A stretch of 64,000 nucleotides of DNA from Acidimicrobiaceae bacterium (GTDB lineage: Bacteria > Actinomycetota > Acidimicrobiia > Acidimicrobiales > Ilumatobacteraceae), in contig JAHEDX010000010.1 of the NCBI GenBank assembly GCA_024641005.1, positions 9,212-73,211 on the forward strand, written 5' to 3'. This document shows, piece after piece, positions 38,954 to 49,940 of this stretch. Each line of letters begins with the position of its first letter. The stretch's first letter is position 1. The position numbers were made by a program, and so were the translations under genes. Under the pieces are notes generated by a model. The model saw nothing but the letters and a program-made list of their open reading frames with translations. It ran no database searches and had not been told where the DNA came from.

Positions 38954-39739
38954 ATGACGAGTTTGCGTGACAGGTGGGCAGCGGGCAACGAGACACTGGG
39001 GTTCTGGCTGTCGGTGCCGGGCTTCGTGGCGGCCGAGATCGCCGCCCGTCAGCCCGTCGACTATGTCTGCATCGACACCCAACACGGGGTGATCGATTAC
39101 CAGGCATCGGCGTCGATGATCCAGGCGATCGAACTCGCCGGCGGCACGCCGATCGTGCGCGTCCCGTGGAACGAGCCCGGCATCATCGGCAAGTCGCTCG
39201 ATGCCGGGGCACACGGGGTGATCGTGCCGATGGTCAACACCAGAGAGCAGGCCGAAGCGGTCGTGCGCTCGGCCCGCTATGCGCCCGAGGGTTCGCGCAG
39301 TTGGGGGCCGGTGATGGCCGGGATGCGGCACACCGACAATCGCGAGTGGGCGGGTGCCAACATCGCCGTCATCCCCATGATCGAGACCGCCGAGGCGATC
39401 AGCAATCTCGACGAGATCCTCAGCGTGCCAGGGATCGATGCGATCTATGTCGGGCCGGCCGACCTGGCGATCAGCCTCGGCCTCGGCCCCAGCGGCAACG
39501 AGGGCAACCCGTTGTTCGATGACGCTCTGTCCACCATCATCGACGGCTGCCACCGCCACGGTGTCGTGCCCGGCATCCACTCGACCGGCACGCTCACCCC
39601 GTTGCGTCGCGAGCAGGGCTTCCGCATGATCACCGTCACCAGCGACGCGCTGGCGCTCCGGGCCGGGTACGCCAGCGAGTTGGCAGCAGCCCGCAGCGGC
39701 TCGGGCAGCAGCGATGCTCCCGGCGGGTCGCTGTACTGA
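38954..39739 (+). CDS. HpcH/HpaI family aldolase
   Basis: IDTQHG, VRVP, LDAGA.GVIVPMV, MIET, GPADL. Confidence 0.88.
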   Translation: MTSLRDRWAAGNETLGFWLSVPGFVAAEIAARQPVDYVCIDTQHGVIDYQASASMIQAIELAGGTPIVRVPWNEPGIIGKSLDAGAHGVIVPMVNTREQAEAVVRSARYAPEGSRSWGPVMAGMRHTDNREWAGANIAVIPMIETAEAISNLDEILSVPGIDAIYVGPADLAISLGLGPSGNEGNPLFDDALSTIIDGCHRHGVVPGIHSTGTLTPLRREQGFRMITVTSDALALRAGYASELAAARSGSGSSDAPGGSLY

Positions 39740-39760
39740 ACATCGCGCCGACGGCAGCGA

Positions 39761-40612
39761 TCAAACGCCTGCGAACCGACCCACGGCGATGCGGTCGTGC
39801 CCGGCGAGATCGGGTCTCACCTCGACCCGGTCGTAGCCCGTCCGCTCCATGAGCGAACGCACGGCGTCGCCCTGATCGGCACCTATCTCGAGCACGAGCC
39901 AACCGCCCGCCGAGAGATGTGCCGGGGCTCCGGCGACAAGGCGACGGAGATCGTCGAGGCCGTCTGGCCCGGCGAACAGCGCATCGGCGGGCTCCCAGTC
40001 GCGCACCGAGGACGCCAACTCGACCGCCTGATCTGCGACATACGGCGGGTTGCTCACGATCACGTCGAAGCGCTCGTTCGTGGGCAGGGCCCCGAACCAA
40101 TCACCCTCGGCGGCGGTCACGTTGTGAGCGGCCCGACCGACGCCTGCCAGGTTCGCCCTCGCGAGCGCGAGAGCATCGGCACTCGCGTCGGTGATCCAGA
40201 CGGTGGTGCCCTCGATCGGGAGCTCGACGGCCAGCGACAACCCGATCGCACCCGAACCGGTGCCGAGATCGGCAATCCGTCGCGGGTCGAACAGCATCGC
40301 GAGCTCGATCGCGATCTCCGCGACCAGCTCGGTTTCCGGCCGAGGAATCAGCACCCGTCGGTCGACTGCCAGATCGAGTCGTCGGAAGGACCAACGACCG
40401 AGCACGTACTGGAGCGGCTCGCCGGCGCGGTACCGGGCGACCATCGAGTCGAGATGATTCACCATCCGGTCGGTCACCGGTTCGTCGAGCGCCGCATCGA
40501 ACGCCGCGCCGTCGAGGGCCGTCGCGACCTCGCAGAGCCAGCGCGCCTCGTGTCGCGCCGAGAGCACCTCGGTGGTCTGCGCCCACAACGCACGAAGCGT
40601 GAGATCGCCCAT
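39761..40612 (-). CDS. prmC: Release factor glutamine methyltransferase PrmC (HemK)
   Basis: GEPLQY, LIPRPETE, DLGTGSG, SNPPY; follows prfA. Confidence 0.95.
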   Translation of the reverse strand: MGDLTLRALWAQTTEVLSARHEARWLCEVATALDGAAFDAALDEPVTDRMVNHLDSMVARYRAGEPLQYVLGRWSFRRLDLAVDRRVLIPRPETELVAEIAIELAMLFDPRRIADLGTGSGAIGLSLAVELPIEGTTVWITDASADALALARANLAGVGRAAHNVTAAEGDWFGALPTNERFDVIVSNPPYVADQAVELASSVRDWEPADALFAGPDGLDDLRRLVAGAPAHLSAGGWLVLEIGADQGDAVRSLMERTGYDRVEVRPDLAGHDRIAVGRFAGV

Positions 40613-41694
40613 CAGCTCTCGATATCAGCCAGTTGGCGCGTCCGCTCGTCCTGGAGCAGGGCGTCGACGACCAGGTCGAGGTCGCCCGCGAGCACGTCGG
40701 CGAGTCGATACACCGTGAAGCCGATGCGGTGATCGGTGACCCGGTTGTCCTTGTAGTTGTACGTGCGGATCTTCTCGCTGCGCCCACCCCCTCCGACCTG
40801 CGAGCGTCGTTCGGCGGACATTTCTGCGTCGCGCTCGCGCTCGGCCAACTCGTACAGGCGGGCGCGCAGCACCTGCATCGCCCGTGTGCGGTTCTGGAGC
40901 TGGCTGCGCTCGTCCTGCATCGTGACGACCACGCCCGTCGGCACGTGGGTGACGCGCACCGCCGAATCGGTGGTGTTGACATGCTGCCCGCCGGCCCCCG
41001 AGGCTCGGTAGACGTCGACGACGAGGTCTCGGTCGTCGATCGTGACGTCGACCTCGTCGGCTTCGGGCAGCACTGCCACCGTGGCCGACGACGTGTGTAC
41101 CCGCCCCTGGCTCTCGGTGACCGGAACGCGTTGTACCCGATGAGGGCCGCCCTCGAACTTGAGCCGCTGCCAGGCGTCGCCGCCGCGCACGACGAACGTG
41201 ATGTGGTTGATGCCGCCCAGATCGCTCGGGTCGTGCGACAACGTCTCGACCTTCCACCTGTGCCGTGTCGCGAATGCGACATACATGTCGTGCAGATCGC
41301 GGGCGAACAGGTTCGCTTCCTCGCCGCCTTCGGCGCCCCGGATCTCGATGATGACCGCGCGCCCCGCATGCGGGTCGTTCGGCAACAACAGCTCGCGCAG
41401 TTCGTTTTCGAGCCGAGCGATGTCGGTGAGCGCGTCATCGATCTCGGACTGGGCCAGCAGGCGGCCGTCTGCGTCGGCGCCCTCGATGAGCTCGCGCGCC
41501 GCGTCGAGGTCCCCCAGGCGAGCCTCGTACGCCGCGTACGCCCTGACTGTCGGCTCGAGTTCGCGGTACCGCTGCGAGACGGTGCGGAGCTGGTCGGGAT
41601 CAGCGATCGTGCCGGCGTCGGCGAGGCGCGCCTCCAACTCGCGGAATTCCTCGGATGCCGAGGTGAGGCGAGCGTTCACACCGGGATCGAGCAT
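40612..41694 (-). CDS. prfA: Peptide chain release factor 1
   Basis: GGEEA, HRVQRVPVTE (PxT), GAGGQHVN, EKIRTYN. Confidence 0.97.
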   Translation of the reverse strand: MLDPGVNARLTSASEEFRELEARLADAGTIADPDQLRTVSQRYRELEPTVRAYAAYEARLGDLDAARELIEGADADGRLLAQSEIDDALTDIARLENELRELLLPNDPHAGRAVIIEIRGAEGGEEANLFARDLHDMYVAFATRHRWKVETLSHDPSDLGGINHITFVVRGGDAWQRLKFEGGPHRVQRVPVTESQGRVHTSSATVAVLPEADEVDVTIDDRDLVVDVYRASGAGGQHVNTTDSAVRVTHVPTGVVVTMQDERSQLQNRTRAMQVLRARLYELAERERDAEMSAERRSQVGGGGRSEKIRTYNYKDNRVTDHRIGFTVYRLADVLAGDLDLVVDALLQDERTRQLADIES

Positions 41695-41732
41695 GGCATC
41701 TGGAGGCTACCGTCATTCGACCAGGTCAAATC

Positions 41733-41751
41733 CTGAGTTGTTTCGACTCAG
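41733..41751. promoter_or_regulatory. HAIR-like inverted repeat (putative HspR operator)
   Basis: CTGAGT-N7-ACTCAG, close to the HAIR consensus CTTGAGT-N7-ACTCAAG; about 100 bp upstream of an Hsp20 gene. Confidence 0.75.
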
Positions 41752-41851
41752 CTTTCATGTATCATTACGACGTGCACCTTCTATGTTCTGCACACTGATC
41801 TTTCCGACATCTCATCCACCAGACCAACCAGACCAGATAGGAGCAACGCTC

Positions 41852-42292
41852 ATGATCGTCCGACACCGCTACCCCACCGCCACCCTCGACCGCAGCTTCG
41901 ACCGGGCGTTCGAGCAGCTCACCAGCTCGTTCTTCGACTCTCGCCGCCCCGTCGGCCCCACCGTCGACGGCTCATGGAACGACGACGAGTACGTGCTCAC
42001 GATCGACCTGCCGGGCGTCCCCGCCGAGGCCGTGAACGTCGAGGTCACCGGCACGTCCCTGATGCTCAGCGCGGCGACCGACACGATGGAGTGGCAGCGC
42101 AGCCTGCAACTCGGTGGGCGTCTCGATCCCGACAAGATCCGCGCCAACCACATCGACGGTCGTCTCACGGTGCGGATCGGCACCTATGACGAGCCCGAAG
42201 CCCGTCGTATCGAGATCGACACGGCCCCGGCCCAACCGGCCATCGAAGCGGCGGCCGAGGAGTTCCCCGACGGCCAACCGGCCGAGGGCTGA
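41852..42292 (+). CDS. Hsp20/alpha-crystallin small heat shock protein
   Basis: AGGAG RBS; DLPGV, A.HIDGRLTV, C-terminal IEI motif. Confidence 0.85.
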   Translation: MIVRHRYPTATLDRSFDRAFEQLTSSFFDSRRPVGPTVDGSWNDDEYVLTIDLPGVPAEAVNVEVTGTSLMLSAATDTMEWQRSLQLGGRLDPDKIRANHIDGRLTVRIGTYDEPEARRIEIDTAPAQPAIEAAAEEFPDGQPAEG

Positions 42293-42317
42293 CGCCACGA
42301 CATTCCGATCGGCGAGG

Positions 42318-42349
42318 CCTCCGGACCATCGAAGGTGATGGGCCGGAGG
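42318..42349. terminator. Hairpin between convergent genes (putative terminator)
   Basis: CCTCCGG-A-CCATC / GATGG-G-CCGGAGG; no U-tract. Confidence 0.5.
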
Positions 42350-42350
42350 G

Positions 42351-43370
42351 TCAGTCGACCGGCACGAACTCGACGGGTCGGCGCAACAGCGCAGCGACCT
42401 CGCCGGTGACAGCAAGTCGGTCTCGTGATGGCATGGCCACCACGACCCGCACCTCCCCCACGATGCCCGGTCGGGCCGCCTCGGCGGCCAGCCGGGCATC
42501 GGACGCGAACGGGATCAGCTCGAGATCGACACCGGACGAGCACACGACCACCACCGACCCGCCGTCACCGTCACGGCCCGAAGCCACGCACGGAATCGGA
42601 TCCTTCAGGTTCGGACGCGGCAGCGGTGGTTCAGCCGGACGGATCTCGACAGCGCCGACGAGCTCGGGGTCCTGCTCGAGACGCCACCGGATGAACCGCT
42701 CGGCACCCAGCCGGTTGAGTGGGTGTGGGCGCGCCCCGACCTCGCGATGCTGTGCGACGGCGGCAACGATCCGCGCCAGCGATTCGACCGCCGGTACATC
42801 GCCGTGCAGCATCTGGAATGCCTCGCGGTCATGGTTGCCGACACCCACCTCGAGGCGCGCCGTGTGATCGTGTGGATCGTCGACGACCCGGCACACCTCC
42901 AATCCGCGCACTTCACCGCACAGCACGCCGTGCTCGACGACCGGAACCGCCCCTCCCTCGACGATCAGCTCCCGGAACGCTTCATGCGCCGCCGAAGGAG
43001 GCGACGACGCGGGGAGTGGCGCCGGCCCCGCCGACACCAACCGGCGGCCATCGACGCCCCAGACCTCGATCGGCAACGAGAACTCGGCACCCCGACGAGC
43101 GAGCGTGCCCGTGCCCGCCTCGGCGATCAGATGCAGAGACCGGGCACCCGCCCGAGTGGCCCACACGAGCGCTGCTCCGAGCCGGGCGTCCGGTCGCTCG
43201 TCGAGCAACACCCACGCCTGATCGCGGTGGACCAGGGCAGCACCGGGTGAAAAGCCGAGCGATTCTGGAACGCTGTCGTCGTCGAGATGGTCGCGTACGA
43301 GCGCCCGCAGCTTCAGACCGACCAGTCGGCTACGGCGTTCGTCTCTGGCATCGGCATCCGTCTCGCTCAC
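42351..43370 (-). CDS. Hypothetical protein (possible degenerate PD-(D/E)xK-like C-terminal domain)
   Basis: 339 aa ORF with GC-typical codon usage; GLEVCRV, HPLNRLGAERFIR; function not recognised. Confidence 0.7.
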   Translation of the reverse strand: MSETDADARDERRSRLVGLKLRALVRDHLDDDSVPESLGFSPGAALVHRDQAWVLLDERPDARLGAALVWATRAGARSLHLIAEAGTGTLARRGAEFSLPIEVWGVDGRRLVSAGPAPLPASSPPSAAHEAFRELIVEGGAVPVVEHGVLCGEVRGLEVCRVVDDPHDHTARLEVGVGNHDREAFQMLHGDVPAVESLARIVAAVAQHREVGARPHPLNRLGAERFIRWRLEQDPELVGAVEIRPAEPPLPRPNLKDPIPCVASGRDGDGGSVVVVCSSGVDLELIPFASDARLAAEAARPGIVGEVRVVVAMPSRDRLAVTGEVAALLRRPVEFVPVD

Positions 43371-43459
43371 CGTCCCGACGGTATCGGCATCGGTCGCAAC
43401 GGCCTCGGGCAGCGATCAATGGGCAACTCGCTCTGGGCGACGAGGCCCGCCGAACGGAC

Positions 43460-44575
43460 TCAGTCAACGAAGTAGCCGAGCACGTCAGCGAGCACGTCAC
43501 ATTTCGCCTTCGGGTTCGCCATCTCGACCGCCCCGCCCGCTCCGAGACGACAGATGACGAGATTGGCGATCGTCTGCCCAGGAGCGAGGTTCAGGTTCGA
43601 GGTGCCTGGCGCCTTCTCGCCGGCCGGCCACACCGACACATACGACGGTGCCGTCACATTGGTGGCGGCGACGTTCATGACGACCGCGGTCGCGCCGGGA
43701 GGCACGAACCCGTTCCCGGCGACGGTCAGGCGCACCGTTCGACCAGGACCCAGCGGGGCCCGGTCGGCGCCCATGCCGATACGGGTGTCGAGCACGCGCA
43801 CCGGCGGCGTCGCCCGAAGCAGATCCCCCGAGGCACCGAAGTAGCCGAACACGTCAGCGATCGCGTGCATACCTTGCCCGACTCCCGACAAGGTGATCCG
43901 ACCACCCGTGCCGATCCGGCAGATCACGAGGTTGGGCACGGTGTCACCCGGACCGAAGTTGACGTTCGACGTCTTCGCCCCGGCAGGCTGACCGGTCGGA
44001 GTGAGACGCAGATAGCCCGGCGACTCGGGCTCGGTGACCGTCAGATTCAGCACTACTGCGGTTGCACCGGTGGCAGGAACTCCGGCCTTGCCCGACACCT
44101 GCACGTCGATGGGCACGTTGTCGACCACCTTGCCGGACCGGATGCCCTGTCCCCGACGCGTGTCGAACAACCGGGACGGCACCACCGGAACGAACCGATC
44201 GCCCTGCTGGTCGGTGAAGTAGCCGAACACATCCACCAGGCAATGGGTCGTGCCGTGCGAGTTGAAGACGTCGATGCAACCGTCGGCGCCGACGGCCATC
44301 ACGACCAGGTTCGGGACGGGTCGGCCGGGTCCGCCGTTCAGGTTCGAGGTCTTGGGTCGCGCGGTGGAACCCGGGTAGACCGTGAAGTACATCGCCGAGG
44401 TGGCGTCGACCGCAGTCACGTTGGCCACCACGGCGGTCACCCCGCTCGCCGGTACCCCTCCCTTGCCGGTGACCCGCACCCGCAGTCGCTCACCTGGCTG
44501 GAGTTTGCGATGCACCCCGCCCAGACCCGTGCGCGTGTCGGCGATCCGGGCCGGTGCCAGTGGCACCAGAGACGA
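43460..44575 (-). repeat. Three tandem ~120-aa repeats in the DUF1501 protein
   Basis: Each starts P.R..DTR (PARIADTR, PSRLFDTR, PVRVLDTR), contains VP..ATAVV.N and TSNLN...PNLV, and ends DVFGYF/DVLGYF. Confidence 0.88.
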
Positions 44576-45934
44576 AGGTGTCGTCACCGATGCCGGCCCC
44601 GGTGCGACGGTGCCGTCGGCGAGCAGCCCAGGACCCCTTCGGAACAGCCGCAGGTTCTCGAAGTTGCCACCGAGCACCTCACTCGCTCCGCCGCCGAGCC
44701 ATCCGTCGATCACCGACGCGTAGTACGACCGGAAGTCGACGTGGTGCGCCATGCGATCCCAACGCTCGAGCCCCGCCAACGACGGGCGGCGACCGTAGCG
44801 ACCCCCCTTGACGTTCTGCCCGAACACGAAATGGGGGGCTGACGTTCCGTGATCGGTACCGGACCCGTCATTGCTCCACGGGGTACGACCGAACTCCGAG
44901 AACGTCATCACGGTGACGCGGCTCGACCAGGCAGGATCGAGCACCTCGAAGAACCGTCTGACCGCAGCGTTCAACTCACTCATCCGTAGACCGTGCTGGA
45001 CGGGCTCGCCGGCGTGGTGGTCGAAGTCTCCCCAGCCGGCCGTCAGCACCCGGAAACCGAGATTGGCATTGATCAGGCGGGCGGTGACCTCCAACCGGGC
45101 GGAGATGGCGGAGCTGGGGAGCTGGGCTGCATCGGGTACCACCGGCGCCAGCGTCTTGGCCAGATCGAGTTGGTCGATGAACGCTTCCGACACAGCTCCG
45201 AACCACGGGCCCTGGGCATTCGTGTGCATGTTGCGGATCGCTTGGTACTGCTGGAGCTCACGAGAGCTCGTGCCCGCACCGAACGAGGGACGGCTGGGGG
45301 TCACGACGGTCCCTCGCGCCGCCTGCCCGACGAGATGCAGCGGAACCGAGTAGCCGACCTCGGCGCCGGCGTACAGATCTTTCGAGCCGCTGAGGTAGCC
45401 GTCGAGCCAACGCCCCAGCCACCCGGTGGTCGGTATCGAGTTCGGTCGGCCGGCCATCCAGTACGCCATCGAGTTGAAATGCGACAGATCGGGATTCGAG
45501 TATCCGACACCGTCGACGATGGCGAGCTGACCGAGATCCCACATCCGCTTGAACTCGGTCAGCTCAGGATGGAGGCCGACGCTGCCGTCGAGCGACAGTG
45601 TCTCGTTGCCGGGGATAGCGATACCCCCGTGCATCGTGTAGTAGTTGCCGTCGTTGAACGGAACGACCGTGTTGAGGCCGTCGTTGCCACCGAACATGCC
45701 GATCACGACGAGGATGCCGTCCGTCGGGCCGACCGGACCCGCAGCCCAGGCGGAGGGGTCGTGGCCGAATGCCAACGAGTCGAGCAGCGAGCCGGCGCCT
45801 CCGGACACCATCCCGGCGCCCACGCCCATTCCGATGAGTTGGAGGAACCGCCGGCGATCCAGCGCGTGGGCATCCGTCTCTGGCCGGTGCAGGTGAGCGA
45901 GTGCCGAAGCGGTCGAGATGTCGGGGTCGAGCAT
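43460..45934 (-). CDS. DUF1501 domain protein with Tat-like signal and three C-terminal repeat modules
   Basis: DRRRFL; GGNDGLNTVVP, SHF, FDHH, SEFGRT, GTDHG, VDFRS.Y; AGGA RBS. Confidence 0.88.
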   Translation of the reverse strand: MLDPDISTASALAHLHRPETDAHALDRRRFLQLIGMGVGAGMVSGGAGSLLDSLAFGHDPSAWAAGPVGPTDGILVVIGMFGGNDGLNTVVPFNDGNYYTMHGGIAIPGNETLSLDGSVGLHPELTEFKRMWDLGQLAIVDGVGYSNPDLSHFNSMAYWMAGRPNSIPTTGWLGRWLDGYLSGSKDLYAGAEVGYSVPLHLVGQAARGTVVTPSRPSFGAGTSSRELQQYQAIRNMHTNAQGPWFGAVSEAFIDQLDLAKTLAPVVPDAAQLPSSAISARLEVTARLINANLGFRVLTAGWGDFDHHAGEPVQHGLRMSELNAAVRRFFEVLDPAWSSRVTVMTFSEFGRTPWSNDGSGTDHGTSAPHFVFGQNVKGGRYGRRPSLAGLERWDRMAHHVDFRSYYASVIDGWLGGGASEVLGGNFENLRLFRRGPGLLADGTVAPGPASVTTPSSLVPLAPARIADTRTGLGGVHRKLQPGERLRVRVTGKGGVPASGVTAVVANVTAVDATSAMYFTVYPGSTARPKTSNLNGGPGRPVPNLVVMAVGADGCIDVFNSHGTTHCLVDVFGYFTDQQGDRFVPVVPSRLFDTRRGQGIRSGKVVDNVPIDVQVSGKAGVPATGATAVVLNLTVTEPESPGYLRLTPTGQPAGAKTSNVNFGPGDTVPNLVICRIGTGGRITLSGVGQGMHAIADVFGYFGASGDLLRATPPVRVLDTRIGMGADRAPLGPGRTVRLTVAGNGFVPPGATAVVMNVAATNVTAPSYVSVWPAGEKAPGTSNLNLAPGQTIANLVICRLGAGGAVEMANPKAKCDVLADVLGYFVD

Positions 45935-45941
45935 GATGTCC

Positions 45942-47321
45942 TCAGGCGACGTGCAGATCGGGGGCGAGCAGGATCAGGGAGACGAGGTCGCTTCGTTCCC
46001 AGCGGCTCATCTGCTGTGACAGCGTGCTGAGCGCCTGGTGGGACGAGGCTGCGAGGCCGACCTGCATCAACTCGAGCAATCGATCGAGCAGTTCGACCGG
46101 AAGATCGCCGTAAGCGTCTTGCACATCGGTGCGCGAGATGTTGCCGCCGGCCAGATGGATGAGCCCGTCGCCATCCCAGTACCCGGACATCGCCCGCCAC
46201 GCGAACGTGCGGGCGGTATCGGTCCGCTTCGACATCGCGCTCGCGTTCACCCAGTAGCCGTTGTGCTTCCAACCCGCCACGTTCGGCGGGAACAACGGGC
46301 GTTGCCCCATGCCCTCCATCAGCCAGAGCGGCGTCGCCTCGACCGACCGCATGCCGGTGGCGACCAACGCGGCGACGACATACTCGACCGGTGATCGCAC
46401 GAGACCTTGTTTGACTCCGGTCGCGTAGAAGGCACTACTGGTCAGCATCTTTCGAAGCCATGGCATGATCTCGAAGTTCCCTGCCACGGCCGCGTCGCGC
46501 ATCGCTGCCACGACGGCGGCAGGCGGGGTGGTACCCGCGAACTCGATCCACAGCTTCCTCGACAAGAACTCCGCCGCGACCTCCCGCGTCGGGCGGCCCC
46601 GATTCGCCACCACGGTGGCACCAGCGGGAACCACACCGTTCCCCAGAATGACCTCGATCGTGTCGAAGCCGTGCAGGGTGGGGTCGGCACCCGTGTTGAT
46701 CGTCTGCCCGAGGAACTGCTTCGCGGCCCCGTCGTGCCAATCGGCCCGCCACACGTACTGCCCGGTGTCCCACTGGTCGGTGTGCCCGGTCCATGCGGAC
46801 GTCGCCGACTCGACGTCGGCCTCGGTGTAATTGCCGACGCCCAGCAGAAACAGCTCCATCAGTTCGCGGGCAAAGTTCTGGTTCGGTGACGAGCGCCTGT
46901 TCTGGTTGTTGTCGAGATATCGCAACATCGCCACCTGGGTCGACATCGCCGTGGCCAGCGCGCGCAGGTTGCCGAGTGCGCCGAGACGGAACGTGTCGAT
47001 CTGCTCCTGCATCAACTCGGCCGACCCGACCTTGCCGAACTCCGAACAGAAGTGGCCGTGCCAGAAGAACGCCATCTTCTCCTGGATCGGACGCGGCGAA
47101 TCGTGGGCCATCCGGTCGAACCAGAAATGTGTCAGTTCCTCACCACGCTGCCAGTTCGCCGCCTCGGAGAACACGACCGCACCCGGATCGGCCGGCACAT
47201 CCAGGATGTCGTCGACGACCTCCTCGATCGTGCCCAGGCCCCTCAGGTAATCGACGCGCTCGGGCCGGGCGACGAACTCGGTGCGCCGAAGCAGGTGTTC
47301 GATATCAGATTGGCTCGGCAT
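45942..47321 (-). CDS. DUF1800 domain protein
   Basis: HLLRR, EKMAFFWHGHF, AMLRYLDN, PNQNFARELMELFLLG, YTEADV, PPNVAGW. Confidence 0.9.
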   Translation of the reverse strand: MPSQSDIEHLLRRTEFVARPERVDYLRGLGTIEEVVDDILDVPADPGAVVFSEAANWQRGEELTHFWFDRMAHDSPRPIQEKMAFFWHGHFCSEFGKVGSAELMQEQIDTFRLGALGNLRALATAMSTQVAMLRYLDNNQNRRSSPNQNFARELMELFLLGVGNYTEADVESATSAWTGHTDQWDTGQYVWRADWHDGAAKQFLGQTINTGADPTLHGFDTIEVILGNGVVPAGATVVANRGRPTREVAAEFLSRKLWIEFAGTTPPAAVVAAMRDAAVAGNFEIMPWLRKMLTSSAFYATGVKQGLVRSPVEYVVAALVATGMRSVEATPLWLMEGMGQRPLFPPNVAGWKHNGYWVNASAMSKRTDTARTFAWRAMSGYWDGDGLIHLAGGNISRTDVQDAYGDLPVELLDRLLELMQVGLAASSHQALSTLSQQMSRWERSDLVSLILLAPDLHVA

Positions 47322-47440
47322 ACGACCCCCGGGATACGTCAGAGGTTGGATCGTCGGCATCCCCACCCGACTTGAGCTCTGGGAGACGACTTTGACGCAA
47401 CTCTGAATCGCGGCACCGGTGAGCGATGTGGCCGAAAACG

Positions 47441-47468
47441 ACGGAACCGCCCCGAAGGGCGGTTCCGT
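47441..47468 (-). terminator. Intrinsic terminator downstream of rpmE
   Basis: Perfect 12-bp stem ACGGAACCGCCC/GGGCGGTTCCGT, UUCG loop on the minus strand, followed by CGTTTT. Confidence 0.85.
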
Positions 47469-47501
47469 GTGAATCGTGCCTGCGGCCTCAGCCGCGAGGG
47501 T

Positions 47502-47714
47502 TCACTTCTTGGTACGGCTGCCGTAGCGCTTGTTGAAGCGCTCGACGCGGCCACCGGAGTCGACCAGCTTTTGCTTGCCGGTGTAGAACGGGTGGCACTC
47601 GTTGCACAGCTCGAGGAGCTGTTCGCCGGGCTTGGTCGACTTGGTGGTGAACGTGTTCCCACACGAGCACTTCACGCTGACGTCGGCATATGCAGGATGG
47701 ATGTCGGTCTTCAT
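47502..47714 (-). CDS. rpmE: 50S ribosomal protein L31 (Zn-ribbon type)
   Basis: [42 protein letters not shown]. Confidence 0.97.
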   Translation of the reverse strand: MKTDIHPAYADVSVKCSCGNTFTTKSTKPGEQLLELCNECHPFYTGKQKLVDSGGRVERFNKRYGSRTKK

Positions 47715-47815
47715 GATTCGCGCACTCCTCGCTCGTACTGTGGGAATCGGACGGCCCATGATAGCTGGGTCCGCCGCGATTCCATCAGGGCCAGATCCCG
47801 ATCCGGGACGTCCGA

Positions 47816-49642
<1,827 letters not shown>

Positions 49643-49940
49643 GATGACCCTTCTTTGCGATATTGGGTGGTTCCCGAAGTGGGGCCGTTCCCGGTGACGG
49701 GGCTATCCCTGATGGGGGTGGAGCGCGTTGCGAGACCCGGCCTCGCGACGACAGGTCGCCGTGATTGCCGCGAACTCGACGGTGATACGCACATGCACCG
49801 ATCGGTTGCTTCCAGATCGGTGAACCCCTCGGATTCGCCATCACCCAGCGAGACGTCGAACGTCGAGCCGAACGGGCGATGGTGACTCAGAGTTGGTGAC
49901 GGGTCGAACAAGTGCGACCCGGGAAACCCCAGGTGCTCAT

